Assembly (NCBI GenBank): GCA_051362555.1 | Contig: CM120641.1 | Span: 32,370,401 to 32,434,400 of the forward strand | DNA: 64,000 nucleotides | Direction of reading: 5' to 3' | Origin: Lingula anatina | Lineage: Eukaryota; Animalia; Brachiopoda | In this document: one piece after another, positions 1 through 13,432 of the stretch | Layout of the letters: each line of letters opens with the position of its first letter | Numbering within the stretch: position 1 is the first letter of the stretch | Translations under genes and position numbers: made by a program | Notes under the pieces: generated by a model | Seen by the model: the letters and a program-made list of their open reading frames with translations, nothing else | Databases searched by the model: none | Told to the model about the DNA's origin: nothing

Positions 1-735
1 TTCAGGATGGAGTCGTTTGATAACTGTGTCATTTTTTGTGTAAAATGAGGATTGCTTTATCAAGATTCAGTTTAATTGTTTTACTTAAAACTTCACAGGT
101 CTGTTGCACTTAGTTCAATAGACTTAAAAATGCTCTTGGCAGTACAATTTCCATTGCATTGATAAGCAATTGCTTTAAAATTGCTGCTTACTGTGAAAAA
201 AGTTTTCACATCAGAGAAAGGTTAGGCCAGTTGACATCGCAGTCATATTCTCTCTACATTCCTGTCTGTCTTTGACCCCATACTCTCCCCTTCCTGTCAA
301 AACCTATCTTGTTACATTTTGGGTTGTTGTTCCTTGTGCTTTTCAAGTTTTTTTTAACAGTTATTTGGTCAAAAGAAATCCAGAAAAAGTTATCATGATT
401 CACTGAAGTTGATTTAATGTGGATACTTCACATACACACAGCCTCTACTGAACTGCCCCTTCACTGTTAGCTGGAAGCTGACTTTGAAAATCTCATTTCC
501 TTATCTGGAGGATTGAGGGATTATAGGTAAATTTTGAAGTCTTCATTGTGAAGATTTTCAAAAATGGGTAAAAAGGAAGCCACTCTCTGGAGCAAACGTA
601 GACGTCCTTCTAGAACTTGCCTGTTTGAGTTTCTTAGGATTGAAGTATGTGTGCCCATATCTATTTTATAGAATACTACGAAACTTTTGATTGTTAAATT
701 TTGTGTGTCAAAGCTTGTGTTGTGGTGTTTTGCAG

Positions 736-3700
736 ACATTGATCAATGACTTGGACAGAAGTACTGGTGTGTACAGAGAGGAGGTTCACCTGAAGACCGC
801 CATCATGTCTTTCATCAATGCAGCACTCAAATACGGCCCAGGACAGGTGAGGACATTTTCTAACTGTCCTATGTTCTTTGTCGTATTGCAGTACTATCAT
901 AGTCCTAGTAATCTTGCACAAATAAAAAATTTATTTCTCCAGTCAGTAATCTATCAGGAAACATTTAAAATATGGAAATATATTTTTAAATTTTTAATAT
1001 ATGGTATATCAATTGGATGTTGTATAATTTCCATAAACTTGAAGTCAAATCATATGACTGAGCAGAAATTTAATTGTTCTAAAAAGCATCCTTTGTGTTT
1101 TTAAATTTTTTTTTTTTTTTTTTTTTGTAGCATAAAGTGACCATGGCAACCTGCTGCCATGCTGACTTTATCTCCCAAGAAATAAGTCACACCTATGATT
1201 ATTTTTATGAGCACATTATCAAGTCTTCTTTCATTTCCTGAGAGAAGTTGTAAAATGAACAGTAGGTTAAGTCATGTTGGCATTTTGTGTAGTGTGATAT
1301 AGAGTAAACCCCGAGAGACAAAGTTTGAATTTTTTAAATATCTTAGGCTGTGTTCAGATTAAAAACTATCAGCCCAGCAGGATTGATCTGTCTCACCGGG
1401 GATTCTTGCTAAGGTGCAGTCAATGTAATCTGCTCATTTGTCTGGCACGCCCCCTTGCAAAGCAACACGAATAACATCTTGGACTACAAATTTTTTCCAA
1501 CTTTACCCTAGTATTTAGCAAGAATCCCCACAGAGATAGATCTATCCTGCTGGACCAATATTATTTAATCAGAACAGCCTTAAATAAGTATGGAATAGAC
1601 TTTTTTCAATTGAACAAGAGGTAAATGTGTTGATTAACTCGGGGCTCAGGGCCTAAAACATGGTGATAGCTATGTGACGAGTAACCTCTGGGGATGTAAG
1701 TTTTATAATTGATACCTCTTGCTGCCTTACATTGCCACTAGTGGCCATTAGTGAACCCCAGGGTGATTAACCATAAATGACAAAACTGGAGTGACTTCAT
1801 TTTCATTGCTTCAAATAACTCAGTTTCGGTTCTTTTTACTGTAAACAGATACCATGGAATGTCCCCTGTGTTGTTTTATTGTTTTGCTAGTCTTGTCTCT
1901 CCCTGGTAAAAATCTAATAAGGATATAACTGTTGTGGTTCCAATGGATGTTTACCAACAATATATGGTGGAAACCAAGAGAATGGTATTCCATTAGTGAG
2001 GATGTTTTTCTCTTTTAAATTTACATCAGATATGTTGTTTCATGGAGGTCGGTATTATGTTAAAAGATGTAAAGATAGAAATAACAGTCTTTAAAAAATC
2101 AATAAGTTTCTTAGTTACGTTGTTTAGAATTGCAAATGTTTGATGAAAAACTGAAAACAAAACAGATGTCAAATAGTTCAGTTGTCCAGGTTTACCTAGT
2201 ACAAGTTGACAAGCATTTTCCAGCTCGTTTCTTGGACGTGACATGTTCTATTTCACTGTTGGGTGCATCTCGTCTAGGATATCACTCAAAATAGAAACCA
2301 TTACATAACAAAAATGCTTCGGGTGTATATGTTTTCTCTTGAGACAGCAGTGTTTGGTTTTGTTTTAGAGAACTTAGCATGTTTGTCTTTCATTACAGTT
2401 GGAGGGCACATTTTTCTTGCAGTGTTGCAGGGAAAGGAAGGACTTGTTCGACAGTGTTATCCAATGTGTAATATACTCAGATGTGTATATACTTCAGAAA
2501 TATTACTATATGGCAGAAAATTAAATGGAAAAGAAGGGAATGAATTACCAGTGTTTTTCATTTGGTTTTTTTCTTGATATTAATTTGATCCTTTAGGATA
2601 AGGTTTACAGAAAATAGTGCAGGTAGATGGTTACACTTCTTATAATACTGTAATTCATTCTTTGTCTTTCTTTCAGGACCATCTTGAATTCCGCATCCAC
2701 TTACGCTATGAGTTCTTGATGCTAGGGCTCCAGCCTGTTCTAGAAAAATTGCGCTCTCATGAAAATGTCACACTTGACAGGTAAAACGTGTTAATTCACA
2801 CACAGTAAGAATGAATGTTTTTGTGCTAGCTCTGACTGATTTTCTGTAAAAACCTATTGCAGGCATCAGTTGCCTTGCAATCGCACATAAAAAGGAAATT
2901 TATATTGAAACTGATGTCTTATTTCTTGTGTGAAATGGTCACAGTTTGTAGTTTGCCATTTTGCTATTCAGAAACTAGATATCTTTTTTTTTTTCTTAAA
3001 GTTATTTCAAAGTGTTTAAAGGTAGAATATCTGTATTTCCAGACATATTGATTTCTTTGAAATGGTTAGAAATGAAGATGAAAAAGAGCTGGCCAAGAGA
3101 TTTGACCAGGTAGGTAGTTTGATAAGAGAAGAATTTGTCACCATGGCAATATGACATGCTGTGCTTGTCCATTCAACTGGTCATTTAATAAGTTTTGCTA
3201 TAGATTATTACAGATAAGAAAAAAGAAAGATACATATGTTTACTGGCTCACACTTGTTATTTTTTAAGTAGTTAAAAAAAATCAACATAAGTATGACTTA
3301 ATCCTTTGTAAATGTTCTACATAATGCACAGTTAATTAAGATACAGTTACTAATTGAAAATATGTTTTCCATTGATATTGTACTGAAAAAACTCAAAAGT
3401 AACTTAAAAGATTTTACTGTTGCGTTTGCTTCATCAATTGAATTCTTGTTTTTTCCTTTCTTCCACCACTCTGTTTTTCAAACCAAAATAGCCATCTAAA
3501 AATTGTCTCCCTGTTACCTTTATAATTGTTTGTTAATCTATAGGACCCATGGAATTATTTTTATTAAATCAACAGTAATGATAAAATAATGATAATAATT
3601 TATATCTTCAAAATGTACATGCCTCAACAGTGTTTATGTATAGAAAGATTACCTTCCATTATTGTGCTGAAAAAGAGAGCTCTATTAAGCACCAGTTTTT

Positions 3701-6700
3701 ATATTTTTTTTCTTACAAAGTATTGTTTCGTGTTGCAGGATCACATTGACACCCGTAGTGCAACTGCCATGTTTGACATTTTGAAGAAGAAGTTGGGCTT
3801 CACCCTGGCCTACCCCCACTTCCTGTCCATCCTACATCATCTGCTCATGTTACCTTGTAAGTGAGGTTTCCTGATTGTACTCCGCCACACTTTTACATTT
3901 CCTGGTTGTCTTTAAGAGTACTGCTGTGGCCTATTCAGGTGTTATTTTATAAGAAAAAGAGAAAAAGGAGCAGGCCCATAGCCTGTTATTTTAAAAGTGA
4001 AATTCTTTTTTTCTGAAAAAGTGGATCTTTTACCATGAAACCTTCATGTACTTATATAGAATTTTGCCAGGAGTGGACCTGCTTTCTTTTCATTTTTCCG
4101 TGAAAATTAATTTTATATTATGTTGTGCAAAACTTGCTTCATGTTTGTCTTATTCTTTTCTTGGCTGTAGTTTCAACTAATAACACCTCTGAATTTATTA
4201 TTTCTTAAAAAGAAAAAATATATTTTTGTATCTGTACCTATAAAGTATGTGACAATTTAAGACCAAAAAAAGTGTCTTCTTCATTCAGTTGCATTGAAAC
4301 TGTTTCAGACAGCAGTACACATGTATTGCTTCAGTGAGATATTTATAGAAACACAGCACAATAACAGTCTTGAGAATACTGCTCAGAGATATTTCATTCA
4401 CAAGAAGAATTATTTCAGTTTACACATGCTATAAGTCTTCACATGTGTCAACAGCATATGTTTGGGTTTGTTGTTGCTATAATTATAGTTATGTTGCAGG
4501 GTAAACATTTCGCAGAACTGTGCCTTGTTTGGTATCACTTTTCTGAGGTTTGCAAAACAACATGTTTACCAAATGCATTATTGTTTTATTATATTAATTC
4601 AATACCTAAATCTTTATGTCCTTCAAGACAAACATCAAAAGTTGCGACATCACTGTCATCTGAAATTGTTGTTGTCTGATTGATGATATGTTTCCTCTAC
4701 CCTAAAAATAATGGTAATGGCATCATCAGTCGGTCTTTTGTTTGATTGTGGTGCCATTGGTCAGTTTTATGTTTTAGACTTCAAATTTATGGATAATAAT
4801 TTGTATACTTATTTATATGTTTATAAAATTATATATTAATGGAAAACAGAAACTTTGCATGGTCCATGGTATCTTCACTTATCTCCTAACATCCTATACA
4901 TATGTCAGTGCTTGCCACAACTCGTGTTAAATGAAAAATATACAAAATAGAAGACTAATGATCATTTTCATTCTAGTATCAAAGAACAGCGCATTCCACC
5001 ATTGGCAGTTAATAGACAGGATAGTGCAGCAGATTGCACTACAGCAGAAGAATGCCATCAACCCAGATGTGGCACCACTTGACATTGATGTCAATCAAAT
5101 TATCAAACAGTAAGAAATAGTGTTTAATTCATAGTAATGTATGATGCCAGTGCTTCACATTTACATATATTTTATATTCATGGTATTTGTAATTGATTCC
5201 CAAGTGTTATGCACTAGTTTTAACTATAGGGAGCATTATTATCTAAAATTCACCCAAACAATTGGAGATGGTAATATTGGCTACCTTTTTTTTTTTTTTT
5301 TTGACCCCCAAAAAAGTTAATGAAAAAATGAGTCATGATTTCCTATATTTTTACCCCACCCATGAGTCTGAGTGATACTGCTCAAGGCATGCAGCAAGGC
5401 TTAATGGTTTGTCTTTAGAAAACAGTTTGGAATAAAGACTGACTTAAAGTATAATGAAATACCTCAAAATGTGTTTTTAAAAAAATTAAAGTCATACAGT
5501 GCATTTTAGACCTTCATATAGCAAAAAAAAAAAAAAGTAATTTTCCTGAAACTTTATACCATTTCCAATTTATCAGAAAGATGCACCATATCTAAAACTG
5601 TTCACAGAATTAGGATCCATTAGTAAGGAACTAGATCTAGTAGTTTGACATATTCCCCTTAGGAAAAAACTGCTAAGTGATACTGCACCCTTTCAGCAAG
5701 TCAAATGTTGTACTGGTAACATTTCCTTCACCGATGAAACACAATATCCAAATTATAAAAATCAGCATGTGTCTTTTCCTGGGGTTTCTAAGTGCAAGGT
5801 GTTAAAGCATTTGCTTCCTTGCATTTCTTGTTGAACAAAAATGTTGAAATGCCCTAAATTTTCATAGTGTTACTACATTAGTGCTGTCATAATATTTGAG
5901 TTACAAGAGGTATGCAGACATTTTTAAAGCAAAATTTTCCAAACTCTGGACAAAATTAAAAATGCAGTCTCATACTACAGCTGTGTTCTTCTCTTCACCA
6001 AAAAATTGTGATTTTTTTTCTTTTAGTGAAATGAACTTTTTATTTTCTGGTTTCCATGCGTGAAGTCCTACTGTTGAATGTATTTTTAATTGAAAAAAAT
6101 TGTCAAGACGAAATATGTGCCTAGAAAAATCAGACAAAAGATGTTAAGTGAAAGTAGAGGGGCAAGCATAAATAGGAAATTATGGAACAGATAAATAAAC
6201 AAATGTATAATACTTTTTAAAATCAGAATTTTGTTCTTTTAGACTGGCACAGGAGAATGAGATCAAGGCAATTCAGCAGAAGATGAGGGATGTGCAGAGA
6301 GAAAATGATGAACTGGCCTCCAAACTGCAGAAAAAGGAGAGAGAGTGTGACATCAAGACACAGGAAAAGGTGAGTCCATCTCAGAGTTACACAGGGGAAA
6401 CATGTGCCCATTCCTATACTGAAAAAATGTGAGTTATGCTCTTAACCAAGAAAAAGTATGTCCCAGTCTTATAGGATGTATCAAGACTGTGATTAATTAA
6501 AATCTTCAAATGGTTTGGTTTTTCTAATAATTTATTATTTCAAGATTTATCATTTTTATTAAAAGTAAGGGAGAAAGAGCTCCTTTTGGTTAAAGAAAAA
6601 AAGCATTAAATAAAGTTCAACAGAAACAGAAATGAAATGATTCTATCATAATGTGGTATTGATATACATGTATGTGAAATAACTGATCTGTTACTTCAAT

Positions 6701-9700
6701 CAGCTGTAGTGATCTCATCTCTTCACTAAAGAAAAATCTGATGATGGTTTGTGTACAAAATGATTAGATCACTTGATCACTTGATGATTAGATCACTTGA
6801 AATTTTTGATTAGGTATCATGTCAAGAAGAGATAGTTTAAAAATGAGGCATTGATAGTGTTTTTTGACTGGAATGCATATTCTGTTTTACAGGAAGATGT
6901 GATAACAACACTGAACAAAATGAAGAACAGGTTGGAGAGGGAGGCCTCAGCTCATGGAGATGCCAAACAACAGATTGCAGAACTTACAAGTACATATGAA
7001 GAACTCAAGGGACTGGTGAGACCTTTTAAATATATGTTTTCTTTTTTATGTACAGACACAGATGTGTCTGTACATATTGCCATCACTTGCGTCTGTCGTC
7101 GCCGATGGCGATGCCGATGGCGATGCCGATGGCGATGGCGATGCCGGCGCCGTGCACTTTCCTTGTAAACACGATAAGTGGAGGGCAGTTTTACTTTTTG
7201 GCTTTATATTTACAGAGCTGATGAATATTCATAAAACGCAGGTCAAGTTCGAAAATCAGCATGATCGGGCCATTATTGTAGAAGTTATGCTGTTTTTTCA
7301 CTTTTCAGCATATTTTTCACATTTCCTCAGATTCAATTCTTAGGCATGTTAACAGTCTCATTATTAAACTAATAAGATACGTAAAAGTGTTTGTTTGACA
7401 TTTCCTGCATCTTTACAACATTGTTAGTTGATTTTGTAAAAATGATGGTAAACTTGTTATCGTGTATTGTGTAATAAAGTTTAAAAAATGGAAATAAACT
7501 CATATCATTGCAGTTTGTCAGATTCAATCATTCACTATGTTCAGAATCTCAGAATGGAAGAAATTGGACATTTAACACTGCTCTGTTGATATTTTTCCCA
7601 TCTCATCAATTTTCTTAGTTGATCGTATAAAAATGGCAGGAAACTGTTTATTTTGTTTTATGTTTAAAAAATTGTTAAAAATGAAAAAAAAAAACCATTT
7701 CAGAACAGTGCTGTCTTTGTTTACATTTTGGCATTTTCAAGTTGTGACTTTGAAGTTCCATGGGCCTGAAGACCTTTGCTAGTCACATTTTCTGAATATC
7801 CATGATACTAATATTTTATTATTAAAAATTGATGGTCATTATGCTGTTAAACATTAAGTAATATTGCATCAAAATCTGAAAAAATCTATTTTGGGCACTG
7901 CTCCCATGATGACCATTTAAGAAAAACCATGTCACTTACTGTTCTCAAACAGTACAGTAAATAAGTACAGATGTGTCTGTACATATTGCCATCACCTGCA
8001 TCTGTCGTCGTCGCCGTCACTGTCGCCGGCGCCGTGCACTTTCCTTGTAAACACGATAAGTGGAAGGCAGTTTTACTTTTTGGCTTTATATTTACAGAGC
8101 TGATGAATATTCATAAAATGCAGGTCAAGTTCGAAAATCAGCATGATCAGGCCATTATTGAGGAAGTTATGCTATTTTTTCACTTTTCAGCATATATGCA
8201 ACACTGTAAACACATTTCAAGGAAAATCGATAGGCCTGTTGTCATGAAACTCACAGGAGTAATCGATCTTACTATAACACAGGTCAAGTTCGAAAATCGG
8301 CATGATAGGGCCACTACTTTGGTAGTTATGCTGTTTTTTCATTTTTCAGCATATATGCAACACTGTAAACACAATATACGAAAAACAGATAGGCCAATTG
8401 TCATTAAACTCACAGGAGTGGTCATTTTTGCTAAAACGCAAGTTGAGTTCAAAAATCAGCATAATCGGGCCATTATTTTAAAGTTATGCTGTTTTTTCAC
8501 ATTTCCTCAGATTAAATTTTTAGGCATGTTAACAGTTTCAATTTTTAATTAATAAGATACGTAAAAGTGTTTGTTTGGCATTTCCTGCATCTTTACAACA
8601 TCATTACTTGATTATGTAAAAATGATGGTAAACTTGTTATCGTGTATTGTGTAATAAAGTTTAAAAAATGGAAATAAACTCATATCATTGCAGTTTGTCA
8701 GATTCAATCATTCACTATGTTCAGAATCTCAGAATGGAAGAAATTGGACATTTAACGCTGCTCTATTAATATTTTTCCCATCTCATCAATTTTCTTAGTT
8801 GATCATATAAAAACTGTAGTAAACTGTTAATTTTGTTTTATGTTAGAAATTGTTAAAACTGGGAAAAAAATTTCAGAACATTGCTGTCTTGTTTCCATTT
8901 TGGCATTTTCAAGTTGTGACTTTGAAGTTCCATGGGCCTGAAGACCTTTGCTAGTCACATTTTCTGAATATCCATAATACTGATATTTTATTATTAAAAT
9001 TGATGGTCATTATGCCGTTAAATATTATGTAATATTGCATCAAAATTTGAAAAAAAAAAACTATTTTGGGCACTGCTCCCTTGATGAACATTAAAAAAAA
9101 AATGTCACTTACTGTTCTCAAACTTACAGGAAAGAAACATGGGACTAAAATACAGCTTCAGTAGGCAATGCAGTCTGTTTGGTAATTCTTACTGCCAGTT
9201 AAACGTTTTTTTTTTTTTTTTTTTTTTTTTTTGTGAAAATTTAATTTTTCACATATTTTCAAGGTGTAACTTTGAAGTTCCACGGGCTTGAAGACCCATG
9301 ATAGTCACATTTTCTGAAAATCCATGATACGTATATTGTATTATTAAAAATTAACGGTCATTATGCTGTTAACCATTATGTAATATGGCATCAGAATAGA
9401 AGAAAACACAATTTTGGGTGCTGCTGCCATGATGACCATTATGGGAAAACCATGTTACTTATGATTGCCAAACTTTCAAAAAAGAAAAAGAAAAAAAGAA
9501 ATACAGGACTAAAATGCAGAGTTGGAAAAGCAGTCTAATTGGCTTCTTTTTCTGGAAGTTATACATTTTCAAAGTGTGAACTTGTTACACATTTTACTTA
9601 CATTGGTATTACCTGTTGAGCATAATTAAAATTTGATGTTGAATTTGCAGTTTAACATAATGTACTTTTGCATCAGAATTGACAGTAGCCTATTTTGTGC

Positions 9701-10365
9701 ATAGTTATTTCCTGTTTTTTGTCTGTACATTTGACAGCTTTGCTGCCTTGTTGATAATAATAATGATGATAATATTGATAATGATAATAATAATTTGTTA
9801 TTTTTGAATAAAAGTTAAATATTACAATTACAAAACCAAAGTTTGCTTTAATTCAAAAATTTAAATACAGAATAATGATAATAGTAGTTGATAACTGCAA
9901 AGTTGGAGAATGTTTTTATATGTTTACTGGAATTTGCCTGTTCAGGTTAAAGTAGTGCAATGGAAATGACTTTGGTTTCAGCTATATGTCTGTACATTGT
10001 TCAGTTGCACTGCCTACTTAGAAATCATGACTTATTATACTTCCTTTGTTCAGAGTCTGATAAGCATAATGGAAAAATAAATCGCATTTCACCCTTGCTT
10101 CTTTGACAGCTTGAACAAGAAAGGCAAGAGAGAGAAAAACTTCAGCAATATATGAAAAGTGGCAGTCTGCCAGATGATGCTAAGATGGGGTTCAACACGG
10201 CAGCATCTGCCCTGGCCACAGCTTCCACCACAAAATCTGTGGCCCCTCCTCCTCCCCCACCCCCTCCACCAATGTCAGGGGGGCCTGTTCCTCCTCCACC
10301 TCCACCCCCACCCCCTCCACCAGGACCAGGAGGCCCCCCGCCTCCACCACCACCTCCAGGTTAGT

Positions 10366-10405
<40 letters not shown>

Positions 10406-10490
10406 ACGCATATGTGCCATACAATTGCTTGCATAAATTTAATATTTGATCTTTTTATTGATTTAAGATGGTTTGTTTCTACTGGAGATG

Positions 10491-10539
<49 letters not shown>

Positions 10540-13401
10540 TCTCTCTGCATGTGTTTTAAACCAATATAATGATAAAAATACAAATGTATGCCCAGTACTT
10601 ATCAAACAGTTAGTCATTATTTCCACTATGGCATGTTCCAGGTGCTCCACCACTTACTCCAGGGAAGGCAGTCAGGAAGAAAGACATTCCAAAATCATCC
10701 AATCCTCTCAAATCTTTTAATTGGTCCAAACTTCCAGAGGTGAGCTTCGATCTTTAAATATTCCATTGTTACTTAATGGAGTAACTGTCGTCAGATAATG
10801 AACCACATGGAGGCTTTTAAAAATTTAATGTGAAAACAATAAGACAATTATTTGGTTTCATTTCAGTTTTGATGCCATGATTTTTTTTCTTCAACAATCA
10901 TGCTTGCCCTTTGCTTTGATTAAAAAAAGTCAGCAGTATTATTGCCGTTAGTATTTGTATTATAGTAGTGCAACAGTTGTATAATGTCTTGTAACTTTTT
11001 GTAGGTGAAACTTGCTGGTACAGTCTGGAATGATATTGATGATACCAAAGTAAGTCATACAATGCATTATTACAAAAGATAATATATTAATATTAGGGGG
11101 TCTTACCTCAAGTACTTTTAATGCACTTCATGTACACTATAATTCATGAATGGCAATATTATTGTTTTCTTAAAATAAGACACAAGTTAAAGTAAAAAGT
11201 TTAACAGAATAAACTGACTTAACAGGACAAGACTTTCCACACTATCAGACTCCAAGAATTGTTTTTTTTTTTTCCTAAAACAGAATTTTACATTGTGAAA
11301 TTAAGAAAAATATGTTGGGGATAAATATGTTCAATGTCATCAGAAATATGCTCTTCCAGTACAGCATTATTAAATTTTTACCCTTCTTTCCTGTAGTTAT
11401 ACAAGATGCTAGACCTGGACGAATTTGACAAGACATTCTCAGCCTACCAGCACCAACAAAATGGTAGTGAGGAGAACGGGGAAATCATGAGCACAATGAA
11501 CAGACAAAACAAATCCAAAGAATTGTCAGTGATTGATGGCCGCCGTGCACAGAACTGTACTATTTTGCTGTCCAGGATTAAGATGACCAACAGTGAGGTC
11601 CGAGACTGTATCATGAGTATGGACTCCAATGAGGAACTGCCCAAGGACATGTGTGAGCAGGTAAGCAGGTTAAGGAGGTCTTTAAAAAGATTGAAAATTC
11701 TCTTGATCTTACTAGTCTCACTCAGGGATGGAATTTCTTTTAGTCAAATAGCTGAATGATTTAAGCTGAATCAGACAATTGAACCAGAACAATGACAAAT
11801 TCAATGAAAAACGTTTCTGTTGCCACCTCAGCTGCTGAAGTTTTGTCCCACTCCTGAGGAGACGCAGATGTTAGGGGAACATGAGCACCACTTGGAGGAG
11901 ATGGCAAGAGCTGACAGATTCCTGTATGAAATGAGCAAGTAAGACCCTGTCCTAAAACTAGGTTGGAGTGTTTATATTTGTTTTTCAAGCATCATATGTC
12001 TGGGTAAAAACACACATCTTGTTTTTATGTACAGACAACTAGATTCATCGACATCATTATATGTGGAATGAGAGTCAAAGCTAGTATAGAGCTGAAGCTG
12101 GAGCAAGAAAGTATAAAGTTTTAAGTACATCCATTTCCACACATTTGGATTTTAGTTTAAATACCTTTGGGCACAATTAAATTTGCGCAACTGTTTCATT
12201 ACAAAAAGTGTTGTGTCATCATGAGTGTATTTTTGCGATATTTCAGAATTCCACATTACGAACAAAGGTTAAAAGCATTGCACTATAAAAAGAAGTTTAC
12301 AGAAAGGATGGTTGATGCTCGGCCAAAAGTGGAAGGTACTTATATATTTTGCAGTGAAGTATAGATAGAATGGATGTGAAAGGTGGGGTCAAACCATGGG
12401 ACTTCATTATAAAAGTATGATTTACTTTTTTCCTATTGTTTTGATTATGATAATAAAATACAGTATTGCTGGGTTTTTATTCCTTGAATTTTTTTCTTTT
12501 ATTTCAGCTGTTTTACAAGCATCAAAAGAGATGATAAAAAGCCCACGTCTGCGGAAGTTTTTAGAGTTGGTCTTGGCTTATGGCAACTACATGAACCCTG
12601 GCCAGCGTGGCAATGCTTACGGCTTTAAACTTTCTAGTCTCAACAAAATCATTGACACAAAGTCCAGTATTAATAGGAATCTTACCCTGTTACACTACCT
12701 TTTAGAAGTTATAGAAAAAAGGGTAAGTTTTGAAAAGAGAAATTCTGGTTGAATTTCCTGATATGTTTTTGAATAGTTGAAAGAATATGAAATCATCAGC
12801 TCTATGAATAATAATGATGTTGATTTTAGTCATTTTAACTCATTGAGATATATTATTGAAAAGGGTGAGAAGAATTTGAAAGTTTCCAAGATATGCATGC
12901 ATGTAATAACCATACATGTGTTCCACCTCAAAGATATAAAAGGACATCACCAAGTCCTCGTGGCTGTCCATGCAGCCCCCAGAGATTCATGAAAACAGCA
13001 GAAGCATGTTGATAATAGAGCCAATATCCAGCAACCTCTGAAAGCCATAATGTCCATGGTCTGAATTTCCCAAAATTTGCTATATCCTAAGAAATGGTTC
13101 TTCACATGTGCAATTTCACCAAGATATCAGTTGGTACAGACTGATACAAAACTGTTTTCTTCCTTTCAGTTCCCAGATTTACTGAGAATCCATGAGGACA
13201 TTATTGATGTGCGTTTGGCAGCAAAAGTACAGTAAGTGAATTATATTGGATACAGTTTTTTCTGATAAAAATGTTTGGAAGAGAATATAATTTATTTACA
13301 AATAGTTTTATTAGATACTATTAAAATGGCTTAATAATAAGTTTACAGAATTCACAAACATTAATGAAAAAGACTGGTGCTCTTTCTGCAAAATTATGTG
13401 G

Positions 13402-13432
<31 letters not shown>

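Noticed and set aside
7062-8552. ORFs of 93 and 193 aa (and 136/284-aa ORFs at 35838-36248 and 36873-37727) with repeated [11 protein letters not shown] motifs
   Set aside because: They lie wholly in the HINE copies. The peptide repeats come from a 159-bp (3n) DNA unit and a hexamer microsatellite, with no Rep/helicase or transposase motifs.
10159-10720. Overlapping ORFs with CVCVCV, LSLSLS, ERERER and THTHTH
   Set aside because: Translations of (GT)n and (CT)n microsatellites and alternative frames of the FH1 exon.
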